Positions 38,401 through 50,579 of a stretch of 64,000 bases of DNA are shown here, in pieces. This DNA is from Amphiscolops sp. MND2022 (taxonomy: Eukaryota). The notes beneath the pieces were generated by a model. It saw only the letters and a list, made by a program, of their open reading frames with translations. It was not told the DNA's origin and ran no database searches. Each line of letters starts with the position of its first letter. Positions within the stretch are counted from its first letter, which is position 1. The position numbers were made by a program, and so were the translations under genes. The stretch covers positions 37,326,001 through 37,390,000 of the forward strand of contig OZ076409.1 of NCBI GenBank assembly GCA_964187785.1, written 5' to 3'.

Positions 38401-40669
38401 CCAGACAAAAACGACACCCCCTGCACTCTTGAATGCCTGTGACTATGTATTACAATTCAAGTTCCGAATTATGCACGTAGCAGGCTCCCAAAACACAGCA
38501 GCAGATTTTCTCTCAAGACTTGAACTTACACCGAAAGAAAAGGTACAACTTAAACTACGAGACGACATTCTAACGTCCCCAATTGAAGTTAACCTACAAT
38601 CATCAGATGTAGCTGACGAGGAACAACTTTTCTTCCTACCAGACGAAGAAGATGAATCTGAACAAGAAATCTTTGTCCGAAAAGCACTCAGCAAGCGACG
38701 TGCCCTAGACGAACATGAGAGAGAACTATCAACAAATGTAACCGAAGTCATCAAGATACCACTCAACTCCGCAGTCTACTCCTTCGGTGCAATTAAGGAA
38801 AATGCACGAATCAGAAACGAGCAAGATGCAGACCCTCTCCTGAAAGCACTGAAACAACGGATCTCACACGAAGAATATGACAAACACTTTCTCAAAACTG
38901 AACCACGAGGACGAAACCTATTACGCCACGAAGAAAGAATCATAATGAAAGACGGAGTTCTGATGCGAAAATACTACGGAGAAGATAGATCAGTCATCCA
39001 TAACCAAATTATAATTCCAAAACACCTAGTTCCAGAACTCTTGTCCACTCTACATGGAAAAACAAATAAACACCCAAGAATCACCAAAATGATACAAGAA
39101 TGCAGAGCGAAATACTACTTCCCGGGTCTTGCACGCAAAATCAGAGCTTGGGTAACCAGTTGTCAGGATTGCATTGCCAATAAAAGAATCGACACGAGAC
39201 AGATACGTCCCAAAATGCTAAGCAACACTGAATTCGCAATGGGACCAGAAGACTGCCTAGAAGTAGACATCCTACCAAATCTACCTTCCTCAAATGGATA
39301 TCAACTTATCATAACGATGATGGATGTTTTTTCGCGTTACCTTTTCGCTTACCCGACTCAGGATATGACAGCAAAAACAGTCGCACGATGCATAATAGAC
39401 GTCATGACACGACACTGCTATCTACCGACCGTCATTCTAACGGATAAAGGATCACAATTCAGGTCAGAAGTAGTCAACCAAATAGAACAAACACTGGATA
39501 TACGGATAAGCCACGCATCGACGAAACACGCCCAAACAATTGGCATCCTAGAAAGGACTCATGCCTCTTTGAAAACCTCCCTAAAGATATCAACGGGAGA
39601 ACGACGCTCTACGTGGCACAAATACGTCCAGATTGCAGTCATGAATTACAATACAAGCTACCATGAAAGCCTAGGCCGCGAACCTACAACAGTGTTTCAC
39701 GGACGCATTCCGTACAACATTTTGGATATAAAACTTGGATTGAAACCTAACTGGGAAAAAGATAGCAAAAAAGAACTAACGGATCAATTACAGAAACAAA
39801 TAGCCGAAATACACCACGCTGCCAAAGAGAACCTAATGCAGTCTTACCTCAAATACAAACAGTACTATGACAAGAAAGCAACGGCTACCCCGCTCAAAGT
39901 CAACGACTACTGCTACGTCCTTAATCCGAAGGCAGACAACCAGTCGATGAAATTCGCCTTTAAAGATTGCATTTGGACTGGACCCTACATAGTAGTCAAA
40001 GTACTCTCGAACAACAACTACGTCGTACGTCGCACAGGAACAAGGTATACTCAAACCCTCCATAGAATTCGCCTAAGGCTATATGCGCCCAATCAGCGAG
40101 TACCTGACGTAACAGTCAGAAAGGAAGATTACCTTCCAGACCCAGAGGTTAAAACAACCCACAATGATTGGTACGCGCAAGCTTGGGAAACCGAATTCGG
40201 AGAAGTTCTGTTCGGAAACACTACGGAAAACGCCACCAAAGAAGCTACAGTTACAGAAGTCGCAGACACAACAAGAAACGACGAAATTACAACGGAAAAT
40301 GATGTGGTTAAAACAACCACCAAAAAAAGTATAGTGGAAAATGACGTGGTTAAAACAACCACAGACGAAGCTACAACGGAAAATGACGTGGCTCAAACAG
40401 CCACAAATGAAAACGCTGAAGGAGATAAAACACCCTCCGACAACGTTACGTCATTTGACCTAGATGTCAGCGATAACCCATATATTTTGACCCCACCACC
40501 GATACAAAGCCCTCCCAAAACACCCGAATTGCCGCCTATCGTCGTTGGATATAATCCTAGAAAAGTGGGAAGATACAACTTACGACCTAACTCGAGACCT
40601 AACGTAAATCCTGACTTCAGTATGCTTGACTCAGCTACTACGGGAGACTCATGTTCAACTCAAAACTAA
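35400..40669 (+). pseudogene. pol: Pol of element C (PR, dUTPase-like spacer, RT, RNase H, integrase), frameshifted
   Basis: LVDSGA; QYVDDI; MTDAS...YCKEF...LTDN; HGKTNKHP...CQDC; EVDIL/TDKGSQF/LERTH; GPY; RYNLRPN. Confidence 0.96.
40288..40410 (+). repeat. In-frame tandem repeat (~48 bp x3, TTENDVVKTTT-like) in the integrase C-terminal tail of C
   Basis: GGAAAATGA(T/C)GTGG appears three times. Confidence 0.75.
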
Positions 40670-40921
40670 ATGAAAAGAATCACAATGTCAAACTGAACCA
40701 GAATGACTACGTTAATTCTTTGCCAAATTCATCTACCTACAAATAACAATGACAAAACAGCGAACTAAAAATAAAAGATGACCAGAATCCATCAAAAAAT
40801 TCATAAATCACAAATCATCTCTTGGAAGATTTACCAAGTTTATGAAATATCTCAGGATCTGGATCAACAACGTTTTTCGACTTCACGGATTTCTTTGACG
40901 TACTAGCACCGTCCTTCCACT

Positions 40922-43900
40922 TTACAACAATGCCTCTCCTTTGGATTTGTCTTTCTTAGACGCGACGACAGCTACGTTGCCTCTCTCTGCAGACTTTCCA
41001 CAGGCAGCTCTTGATGATCCTGACTTCGCACTCCCAGTCTCACTACCAGCTCCTCTTGTACTTTGATCCAAACGAACCAGCCGATTAATTTTGTTGCATT
41101 CAATATAGTGACTCTCGTATTCTTTTCGTCGCTGGAGCACCAATTTAGGACACACATTTCGTTGAACAGACACAAATGAAGAGTACGTAGCACCAACGAA
41201 ATCCCTCCACAAATTGATTTCACCACAAACGAAGAAAACACCAGCTTCACCGACAGCAGCACGAACGGCCTCCATTTTCTGACCGGTGAAAAAGGCCTGA
41301 TGACTATAGCCTCCACTCAGAACGTAAGATTGTATCAACTTGATACAATTCTGCATTGCGCTCTCCACCAAAGAACTACCGCTGAGACTAATAAAGACAG
41401 ACGGATAGGATACGTCTAAAGTCCTAACCGCCAAACAGCACAACTTGAAAACTCGCAACAAGTGTATATGTGACTGGAAACTAAAGTCCTGCATCAAATA
41501 CTCAATAACATCCACAATAGAATTGGCAGATTGCTCAGAACTTCGATGCTGACCCCGCTTCTCGATCACATAACTCATCTACTGAACGGCTCGACTCCTC
41601 TGCAGTTATCAAACCACACGTCTTCAATAGCCGACATAGATCCGCAAACAAAGCAAACTTTCCGCTATCATCCCCTTCAAAGAGAATCTCGGGACAGAAG
41701 CTGTAGAAACAACGTGATACCCCCGAAGTGACAGTAATGCTCCCAACTATTACGACAATCAGGCGATCGATGAACTGCTGACACCGCATACGGAATTCTG
41801 GAAGTCCGCCCACCTTCTTCGTCAAGGTCCTACCAAAATCGTCATTAAGTAGAAAGGCATCCGAAGCGACTACGGGAAAAGCAGACACTGCCTCCACGGA
41901 CATGTATTTTTCCCACTCGTGGATCCCGGGGAGACTCCCAACAATTCGAGTCTTCATCAGTAGACAGTAGACAAAGTTGCACAATTCCCCAAACGCGTGA
42001 AAGCTGTAATCTCTACGGCACTGCTGCAACTTCGTGGAGTTGTTATGAACTGAAACATAGGTGACATCATGTAAATCACACAACCCAACGCCCACCACGG
42101 AACACAAATGAAACGGTTATGTCACGGACACAAATAATAACAATCTGATCAGTTAAAAACAGTTAGAAACAGTCCAGCACAGTCATTGCAGATACCCACG
42201 GAATGCAAACGAACACAAAGCTACCCCACTAACATGTATCAAGCATCATCAATAGGAGACCAAACCGATGTAAGAGCATATCATCTGCAATGATATTCCA
42301 ATCTGTGCCTTTCAACTAAAACAAACACGGATCATCTCCCAAAACTCCCATACTACAAAAAGAGGAAAAACAACAAAACAACTCCACTTACAGTATCAAC
42401 AGTGTCTTTCGCTTGAGGCAACCCAGTACAGCGTATGTACGGCTTTATGGATGGCCATAGCTCCATCAGATCAGCGACCAGTCTCCGTAAAGCTGAGAAA
42501 ACCACCGCACCTTTCAGAATACAGCGCCGCAAAACCACCTTGTCCTCAGTCCACTCCTCGTACAAAGCACTTTTCTTACGACGAACAATGTATTCTACAA
42601 GCGTCACCAGTTCCACCATGCCGAACACATCCTGATGTGCCTGTCGGAAACACTGCAGAAACACATCACCATCAAAGGGCTCGTTGACGATGAATTGACG
42701 GGAATCACGGCGGACTTCGCTGAAAACCCGTAACAGCAACGGACTACAATTTCGGATGGAGACAGGCCATGGAGCATCCTCCACACTGCAAATCACTTTA
42801 GCAATAGGGAGCAGATCAGCATCGGGAAAGTCTTGGTCCACAGGCTGACTGTCCACACAAATTTTCTTCAGACACTCCTCCTCCCAGTACACGACATAGC
42901 AGTACTCCATGCAATTGTCCCTCGAGAACTCAACGCTATACTCCCGAGATAGAGCAAGATGGCCCAGTACCACGCGGAGCACCCGAGGAGCAAGTCCCTG
43001 ACACAGAAATGCCTGAAACGAACAACCGTCAGAACAACTACAACACGATTGCCCGAAGTAACACCAAAAAGAAAAAAAGGAAAAAAAAACTTTTTACAAC
43101 TTTGCAAAAGACCCAAAAGCAGACACAGCAACCACGAAAGTCATACGGACATACTAACCACTGTTTCTGAACGACTCCAATTCACGGTAAACTGTGGCTC
43201 TCGGGTACCCAACGAAGCAGTGAAATGCCCCCACAAGTGCCGCAATAGGAAGAAGTCTCCCCCCCTACGTAACAGTTCACATACACATGATACCAGGGTC
43301 ATCAGAGGCACTTTTGAACCTGGATGTGCGTGTTTGGACACCAAGTCTTCGGGGTGAGGAAATTCTCCGCCCAGATCTTCAAACGGACGGGCTCGGTATT
43401 CGGCCAACTGAGTCTCTGTCAGGGTCATTGGTTCTAGCAGCTTGTTGTACACAGGCATGTCCATATGCACCCTGTACGTCACATCCCGTCGCCAATGCCC
43501 AACTGATCCAAAATGTCGAATTATTTCTGACACCCCATGAGTACAGATGGTGACATCCCGCTTGCAGATACGACAGAAGAAGCGCTCATCCGACCCACTT
43601 TTTGCACCAGTCACGAAATCTTTAAATGACTCGTGAGCAGAGAGCATCCGTCGATTAGGAAGATTACGTTTGCTGTACTTTCGTTTCTTGGGACTCAGAC
43701 GCTCTTTCACCTTCTCAGACAAATCGCGAAACCCTACAACAGAGACGTAAATCATCGACCACGGAACAACTACACATAATCACAATCATAATAGATGAAT
43801 CATGATATCAAACCAATACAGCTACTCGCATCCGGATAACATACGTTCAAAGCATAACACTTTACAAACTTACCGCTTTGAATAACCACGGATGTCCGCG

Positions 43901-44850
43901 TTTCCACCTCGCTCACCAATCGACGACCCAACTCCATCCAATCCTGAGGACTGAATGCTGTGCCTCCGACATCTTCTTGACCTATAAACAAAGTGCCGTA
44001 GAATCTACAAGACTAAAATACAAACCCCAAGACCCCATTACGAATGAACGATAGAAACCAACTTACTCAACCATCCGCCCAAATCACCAAACATAGGGGT
44101 AGTCACGGAAAAATCTTCCACTCGTTTTGATCGCTTGGGAGGAGTAACAAAGCTAACGGATGATTTCCGTACCGCGCCAGATCTCTCCCCTAAAACAACA
44201 CATACCAAACTGCAAACCAACTATGGTCAAACAAACGACGAAACAGGCCATCAATAGATGCTCAGCACAATGCTAACTTTTTTTCTCAGGGGACGTAATA
44301 GTCCCACCTCCATGGGACTCACTGCTATCACTATCATCATCGACATTCGAATCAGATTCCCCCACGGATTCTCCAACCCCTTCTTTAGAGGAGCTCGTCT
44401 TACCCACGGAACAATGGGTATCCAAAGAAGGAAGAATCTCAGTATTCGGCTGACCAAGAGTAGACGTCAGAACGTCGTTAACGGCAGTGCTTGTAATAAC
44501 AGGCAAGATGGTAGAAACTGCAGGCAACACCGCCCCAGAACAAGAAGTCACCCCAGCAGTAGTCACAGAAACAGTAACAGCAGACGTTGTATCAGGTTGA
44601 GCTACTGAAAATCAAGATCTGGATTCAGACGCGTCAGAGTTACGGGTAAGACTATAAAAGGCTGATCACCAAAATAACAATAGTCCCATTACCCATGGAA
44701 GTCAGAAAGATTTTACCAACCTGAAGTGACTCGGGCAAACTCTATGTCTGACACAATCAATTCACCGTCAGAATGGCCATAGACAGTCTCATTCCCACTG
44801 ACGAAGCCTGTGACCGCAGCAGCGGGAGGAACACATTCATCATTCTCCAT
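40922..44850 (-). CDS. Antisense 8-exon accessory gene of element C (~1030 codons): acidic/low-complexity N-terminus, BED-like Zn finger, hAT-transposase-like body. Exons 44850-44721, 44604-44278, 44189-44067, 43981-43874, 43733-43159, 43012-42392, 42315-42234, 42049-40922; one frameshift near 41580
   Basis: All seven introns are GT-AG with compatible phases (1,1,1,1,0,0,1). Motifs FFCRICKRDVTICTHGVSEIIRHFGSVGH, WSRSETVAFLCQGLAP, LMELWPSIKPY, HLLRVFKLCCL. Confidence 0.82.
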
Positions 44851-44879
44851 AGTTGGAAATTGAAATCTTCAACACGATC

Positions 44880-45440
44880 TAAAAAGAAAAAGAAGATCAA
44901 GGAAATTACGTTACGCGAATGTAACAATTGAAAGAAAATCATCAACGTCATCTCTACGTAATTGAAAAATCATCTAATCTTCAACTTCAGTGAAAGCTTA
45001 TCATGGCATTGAAAGGAACTAAACGTTTCCAAATGTACTACAGATGAATAAAAGATTCATCAAGAAGCTCTGAAGAAAAGATGTCATTTTGAAAATTACG
45101 AAATATGAACGTAGAATATTCGAGAAGAAATCAATGACGTCATGACGTCATTGCCCGAGAAAGAAACGGAACGTAAAATTAGAAACTTTTCCTATAAGTT
45201 TCAGCCAATCACAGCGTAGTAGGAAAGAGTTCTCTTTTCTTAAATCGGGATGCACCGGAACGAAAACGGAAAAGCCAACCAATAGAATATCGATGAAAAA
45301 TACGAAGAGAAGGAAATTGGAACGGTCATTTGTCGTCCAAATCTTCAGCTTGACCAGCTCTACGCATAAAAATTTCAAATCTGTCTCAGTTTTTCCGCAA
45401 CCCAGAACCTGGAAATTGTCGCAAAAGCTCTCCGGTGAAC
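44880..45440. promoter_or_regulatory. Putative bidirectional promoter between the antisense gene and the sense accessory ORF of C
   Basis: Head-to-head start codons at 44850 (-) and 45444 (+); double CRE-like palindrome TGACGTCATGACGTCA (~45135-45150), two CCAAT boxes, TATA-like CATAAAAA. Confidence 0.5.
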
Positions 45441-45443
45441 AAA

Positions 45444-46285
45444 ATGAACAGCTACTCTTTAGTCATCGACATATCTTCTGATGAAGAAAACGCAAAAACG
45501 AGCACACCACTGAAAACGCTACCGCTCAACATGATTGGCTCACTGCGTGATTCATCAATCGAAGTCTATCGTGGAAGCGATGCGGAAATGGTTTCCATTT
45601 CCGGGTCACCCGTAACGGCACCGACGCCTAATAAGAAAAGGAAAACAGGAAGAGTCACGTTCAATCTGCAGACAGCCGACTCTGACACGGACTACAATGA
45701 AGAGCCAGATTCCCCGCAACGCCTACCTTCCCCAATAAAACGTACTCCTGTTCTAAAGGAGACGGAAAATATCCCTGTACTGGGAAATGACAGAATGCCA
45801 AACTCGGGAAAATTAAACCACTTGAATGAGCCTTCCTTGGCGGAATTGGAAGCTATGTACGGCCTGGACTTAGAGGACCGAATTTACCTCGCATCCTTAG
45901 GCCGTGGACGCGCGCGACACGCAACAAACATAAATCTGCCGAGCTCGAAAGAAAATCTGCGTCCTAACATCATAATTAGACCCCCCGAATGCTGTCCGGA
46001 GGAAGTAGAACGACTAGAGAAAGAAGTCCGCGAATTAGACGAAGAAGAAAAGAAAATGAGGGACATGAAGGCGGGAAGAGAACGTGGCCCCCTTCAATCA
46101 AGAAGATACAATGGTCGCCCCCCGTGACAATAAAGAAAGAAATCCCGCACTGCCACGCTTTACCCCTGTCACTCTCATCAAGAGGGGCCCTGTCACGACC
46201 CGCTCCCGGTCGTAATTTTACTTGCTGCTCTGGAATACCAGGATTCGGCAGAGGACATGGACAAGGGCAGAGTAAATACATTTAA
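45444..46285 (+). CDS. Sense accessory ORF of element C (SIM-like VIDISSDEE, basic NLS-like KKRK, coiled coil); probable frameshift in the C-run at ~46120; ends in the 3' LTR
   Basis: ORFs 45435-46127 and 45989-46285; the latter enters the LTR as L-S-R-P in the same frame as the A ORF (L-S-Q-P). Confidence 0.65.
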
Positions 46286-48413
46286 ACTTTGTTAAACTAA
46301 TCAAAATTCTATTTACAGTACAGTTAAATAAGTGCGAATAATTTTCCAAATACGGAATTCAACGTAAGCGGTACGGAGGATTTTCAGAAATGACTTTAAA
46401 CTAGCTAAAACTTCCGGTCTAATGTATTCACACGCAACACCGTTTTATTTCCGGTTTTATCTTCTGAGTTTTCCATTCCAAGCTAAATACTAAATAATTT
46501 TGCAAACGGGATCATTTTGGCGCTCCACACCAAAATGAAAACACAGAAACAACGTTTAACTCCGAGATCCCAACGGAGTCCATAAGATCTAAAATGAAAG
46601 AGCATACAAAAACAGAGCGGAAATGTATTCCAATATTAAAATAGTTGTTAAATATCCACTTAAAATCGCAGTCAAGTGATTTTAAGTAAATGTTTACAAC
46701 GTTATGACAGCGTCACTCAACTAGGCTAGTAACGGGTGTTTCTATTTTTACGGACCAATAGCGTCGCTTGCCACCGGAATTATATGAGCTCGTACCAATA
46801 GAATTACGCTTGGTTGCCCCTAGCAACGCTTACTAGCTAAGAAAAGAGAATAGAATCGCCTACGCTCTCCGTTTTCACTCCGCTTGCTACTGCTGCTCAG
46901 CTATAAGCAATCTTAATACGTACGTAGCATCTACGGAGCAGATTGTAAAATTGTATTCCGCTCTTCAGCTATAAGCAATCTTAATACATACGGAGCATTT
47001 ACGGAGCAACTTAAGAAATTGCAACTAAGAAATACTGCAATGAATGAATTCCTTGAAAGATCTTTTCTGAATCGGTGCACCTTAAAAAGTCTTAAGATTA
47101 AGTTTACATAAAGAATAGTTGTACTGTGAGATTATAAAGTGGATTATAAAGTGAACGTAACACTCGCGTTACTTTGAAGTTTGTATAAGTTTTGATACGA
47201 TGCAGTAATAATCATTCCAGTAATCTCTCCTATTTCTTTTCTATTCTTGCCCAATCCTCCCCCGGATGCTATGATGTTGTATTTTTATATGTCTTCTTAG
47301 ACCTTTGAGTCTGAATACCTTGTGTGCTAACTGCTAAACAAGTTTTGGCAAACGAACCAATTCCGTGGCATTTAGTTGATGCTAAAAATCAAATGTTTTG
47401 TCTTGTGTTCCAATGCATGTAAAGTTCGTAATAATTTGCCATTCTATAGGCAATTCGTTCCTGAAAGGCTTCTCAGCATCACTTTGTTCTTCATTTTGAT
47501 CTCCCAAGTGTTTCTGGCTCTAAAATATTTACATCCATCATAATTCCCTCGCTATTTTTGAGTGTCATTCTTTTACTCCGAATTTCAACTTTCAAGTTAC
47601 GAAGCTGACTAATTGATCACGCCGTCGTGCCTGCGTCGATGAAAATGAAAGCTAGACATTTGTTTTGCCGCAATTTTGAAGCTTAAACAGGAAATGGATC
47701 GCCTGAACGAAAATGATTTCAACAAAATTTTACGGAACACTGACGCAACTAGGAATTTTGATACCTGATTTTATGACGCGGGACTGAAATAATATGAATC
47801 ATTAGCGCTTTTTGTTGAACAAAACCGATTTTTGTGATACCTAGGAATTTTTAGGTGAGGAACAAATGATGCTGGGAAGGTATAAATATGTAAAACATAC
47901 ATGTAAATCAGTTAGTTTTTTGACCTGCTTTGTAACAACTAGTTCTGTTCCGTTATCATAACGTGTTCAAAAGAAAACTTAAATCTTTGAAGAATTCAAC
48001 TTTTCCAAAGATACAATCTCTCTCTCTCTCTAAAATGACTACTAGAAGCCAGAAGAGGAAAGCCGTAGCTGAGTTAGTGTCAGGAGATTTTGAAGCTTCT
48101 TTAGCTGAGAACAATTCTACTGAAAACCTAATAGCTAGTTACAGTAAAAACCCTAGACTTGAGCTCGAAAACTTGGAGGAGATAAAGACAACTCTGAGAA
48201 AAGAGATCATGTCTGATTTAACGAAAATACTTGCTGAAAATCAAAAGGAAATGTTCAAACTAATAGCACCTTTGAACAAGAAACAAACTGTCCACTTGAA
48301 TGTTCAAGACTCTGACTCTGAACCTGAGAATGTTTCCGTAACAAGGACGTCTACCCCCGTCAAAACTCATACTGCGACTAACTCTAAAACAACACCGGTA
48401 AATAGTCGTAACA
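46191..48413 (+). repeat. 3' LTR of element C (2223 bp), carrying a copy of the Gag N-terminal ORF
   Basis: Direct repeat of 32293-34507, followed by TSD TCAAC. Confidence 0.96.
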
Positions 48414-48893
48414 TCAACTAAGACTTTTTCTCACTTTCGAACTAATGTTTTCTTATAGTTACGTTTTCAAATTCGATCGTGCGATCTAGTCATAACTATC
48501 TGTCAATCATGACTACTTTCTTCATGAACATTTCTTTGTCGATGAAAACTCAGGGGACGTACAAGTGAACAATTTTTTGTTTACTCGACTTACACAACTT
48601 TAATGGGTTCTGTGATTGCCACTAACTTGCACTCTTTGCACTCTTTGTGAGGTCCCCTCTTTGGGTAAAAACTGCTTTGGGTAGTAAGATCTAAACTAGC
48701 CCTAGCGCTACTGAATACAGCCAAAATCACTGAAAAAACATGAAAACAGGCACGAAAATGGCAAACCACACAGCTAAAAGCTGAGGCGCAGGGGCTCCAA
48801 GCACCAAACAAGGATCTTTAGGCGAAAAGACTCATTTTTACGGTTTCCGCTACATAGGGTAGCATAATGCTGAAAATCGAGAAAACCGGTGTC

Positions 48894-49167
48894 TTTTATC
48901 TAATAATTCTTCGGAATAACTTCATGAAATCTGAAATACATAGTAAAAAATATCTTTTTGGAAAAATCAAAAAGTTGTTTCTTTGCTATCTCGAAACCTA
49001 ATGATCTGAGTCATGTTTGTTCATGTGTTTATTGGTTTTCTGTAAAAGTTTGCGGGATTATCATTGTGGATGTATTCCTTCTTGGATTCAAACTTGTGTT
49101 ATCTCTGAAACATCTTTTTGAGAAAATTCTCACAACGAGGTATAGGAAACCTATACAATTCTTTCAT
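48894..49167 (+). repeat. ~270-bp direct duplication, copy 1 (copy 2 at ~57729-58002)
   Basis: Near-identical sequence TTTTATCTAATA...CTATACAATTCTTTCAT at both sites. Confidence 0.9.
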
Positions 49168-49194
49168 GGTGGCCATTGAGAGGCACGTGAACTC

Positions 49195-49395
49195 GACGGC
49201 TTTATCTGTGCCAACGGTCAGTGCGTTGCTGGATCCAGTTGCGACGGAGTGAAACAGTGTGCGGGAGAGAGTGACTAAGCCGACTGTCTAGTTCAAACAT
49301 CCCCTTGCAACGAGTTCAAACGCCCCCAGAATGACACCTGCATTGATGAATGGAGGGTCTGTGACAATGTCGAGGACTGCTCAATTGGATCTGAT
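49195..49395 (+). pseudogene. Host-gene fragment with two LDL-receptor class A repeats, pseudogenised
   Basis: Translates DGFICANGQCVAGSSCDGVKQCAGESD*ADC...CNEFKRPQNDTCIDEWRVCDNVEDCSIGSD; in-frame TAA at 49276. Confidence 0.8.
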
Positions 49396-50579
49396 TTGTT
49401 GAAACGCCTCTTTCGATTCACACAAGAACCTCGATATTGTTTTGTGGAGTCTACCCACAGCGGAGTAAATTCAAGCTACAACATACGAAGGTAACCCCCC
49501 GTGCAGCCTCGAAGGTGCCGCCCAACTCGTCAAGGGGTCAGCCGTCAAATGGATACGTTGCAATGATTATGTTTTAAAAAAAAACAAAAAACTGAAAAAA
49601 AACTTTAATTTGCTGTTTTTGAGAACTTAAACTCAGTGCTTATTTAATTTTATTGCTTCGAGATAGCATATCCAGATTTGAAACGTAAAACAAAAGGTAA
49701 ATTTTAACCACTCGAAACAAAAAATCAAATCCAGTTTTTGAAATTATCAAACACATTTAAAAAAACTTTGTTCCGAATTTTTCAAGTACTTTTGTTGCAG
49801 TGTGAAAAATTGTTGAATCCGTTCTTTAGTGATCCGTGAAAAAAAAATCTTGAAAAAAAATCAGGTTTCTAGAAAAATCTCCATTTGAAGTTTTCAAGAC
49901 TTTCAGAATACTGAAATTTCCTCTTTTTTTGGACGAAAAGGCGTAGCCTGTAACTTTGAAAAAACTACTGATAGTTTCAAAAAGAATAGGTATTCTTTCG
50001 AGAGAGTGATACCGGAGAACCTGGACATGTTTCACAATTTCTGAGAAAAAAGACATACACTGTTTCCAAAATTGAAACTTCCGGGAGAAATTCAAAAAGG
50101 TATTGCAGAAAACAAACGGTTTCCATATTAACTGCCAGTTCTTTAGATCATGCTTTGAAAACAATAATCGTCGCTGAAAAAACTCGATATAGCCATACAG
50201 TTTTTTCAATCCCGGGCCTGAGCCATAGACTTATTTTAACAAAAAATCCAAAAAAACTAAAAAGATGTCGCTGAAAAAACCGACATTATTTTCTGGCACG
50301 ATGTGCTGAATAATTGCATCTCAAACATGATAGCAATAATTACTCAGCATTGACCGTTCTCCAATTGTTCGAAATTTTGAAATCACTTGAAAATATACTC
50401 CGGGTTCTAGTGTACTGCCACCGATTCCGTACCCGCACATTTATCAAAATTTAAAGGAGTTAGAAATTTCCACGAACATTGAAAAGTTGAAACGCAAGGC
50501 ATTACACTAGAGCCCCGGGATTGAGTTAAAACACATTGCCTTTCTTTTGAGAAAAAAGAGCAAGCTTGACACTATTACC

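Larger units (their letters stand above)
32293..48413 (+). mobile_element. Ty3/Gypsy LTR retrotransposon C (16.1 kb), degenerate, with accessory genes
   Basis: LTRs 32293-34507 and 46191-48413; TSD TCAAC (32288-32292 and 48414-48418); PBS TGGTGACAGGAGT; PPT-like AAGAGGGGCCC (46180-46190). Confidence 0.97.

Noticed and set aside
40922..44850. Independent hAT transposon or host gene inserted into the retroelement
   Set aside because: No TIRs or 8-bp TSD seen; the same position, orientation and intron structure in two divergent families argues that it is an integral part of the element.
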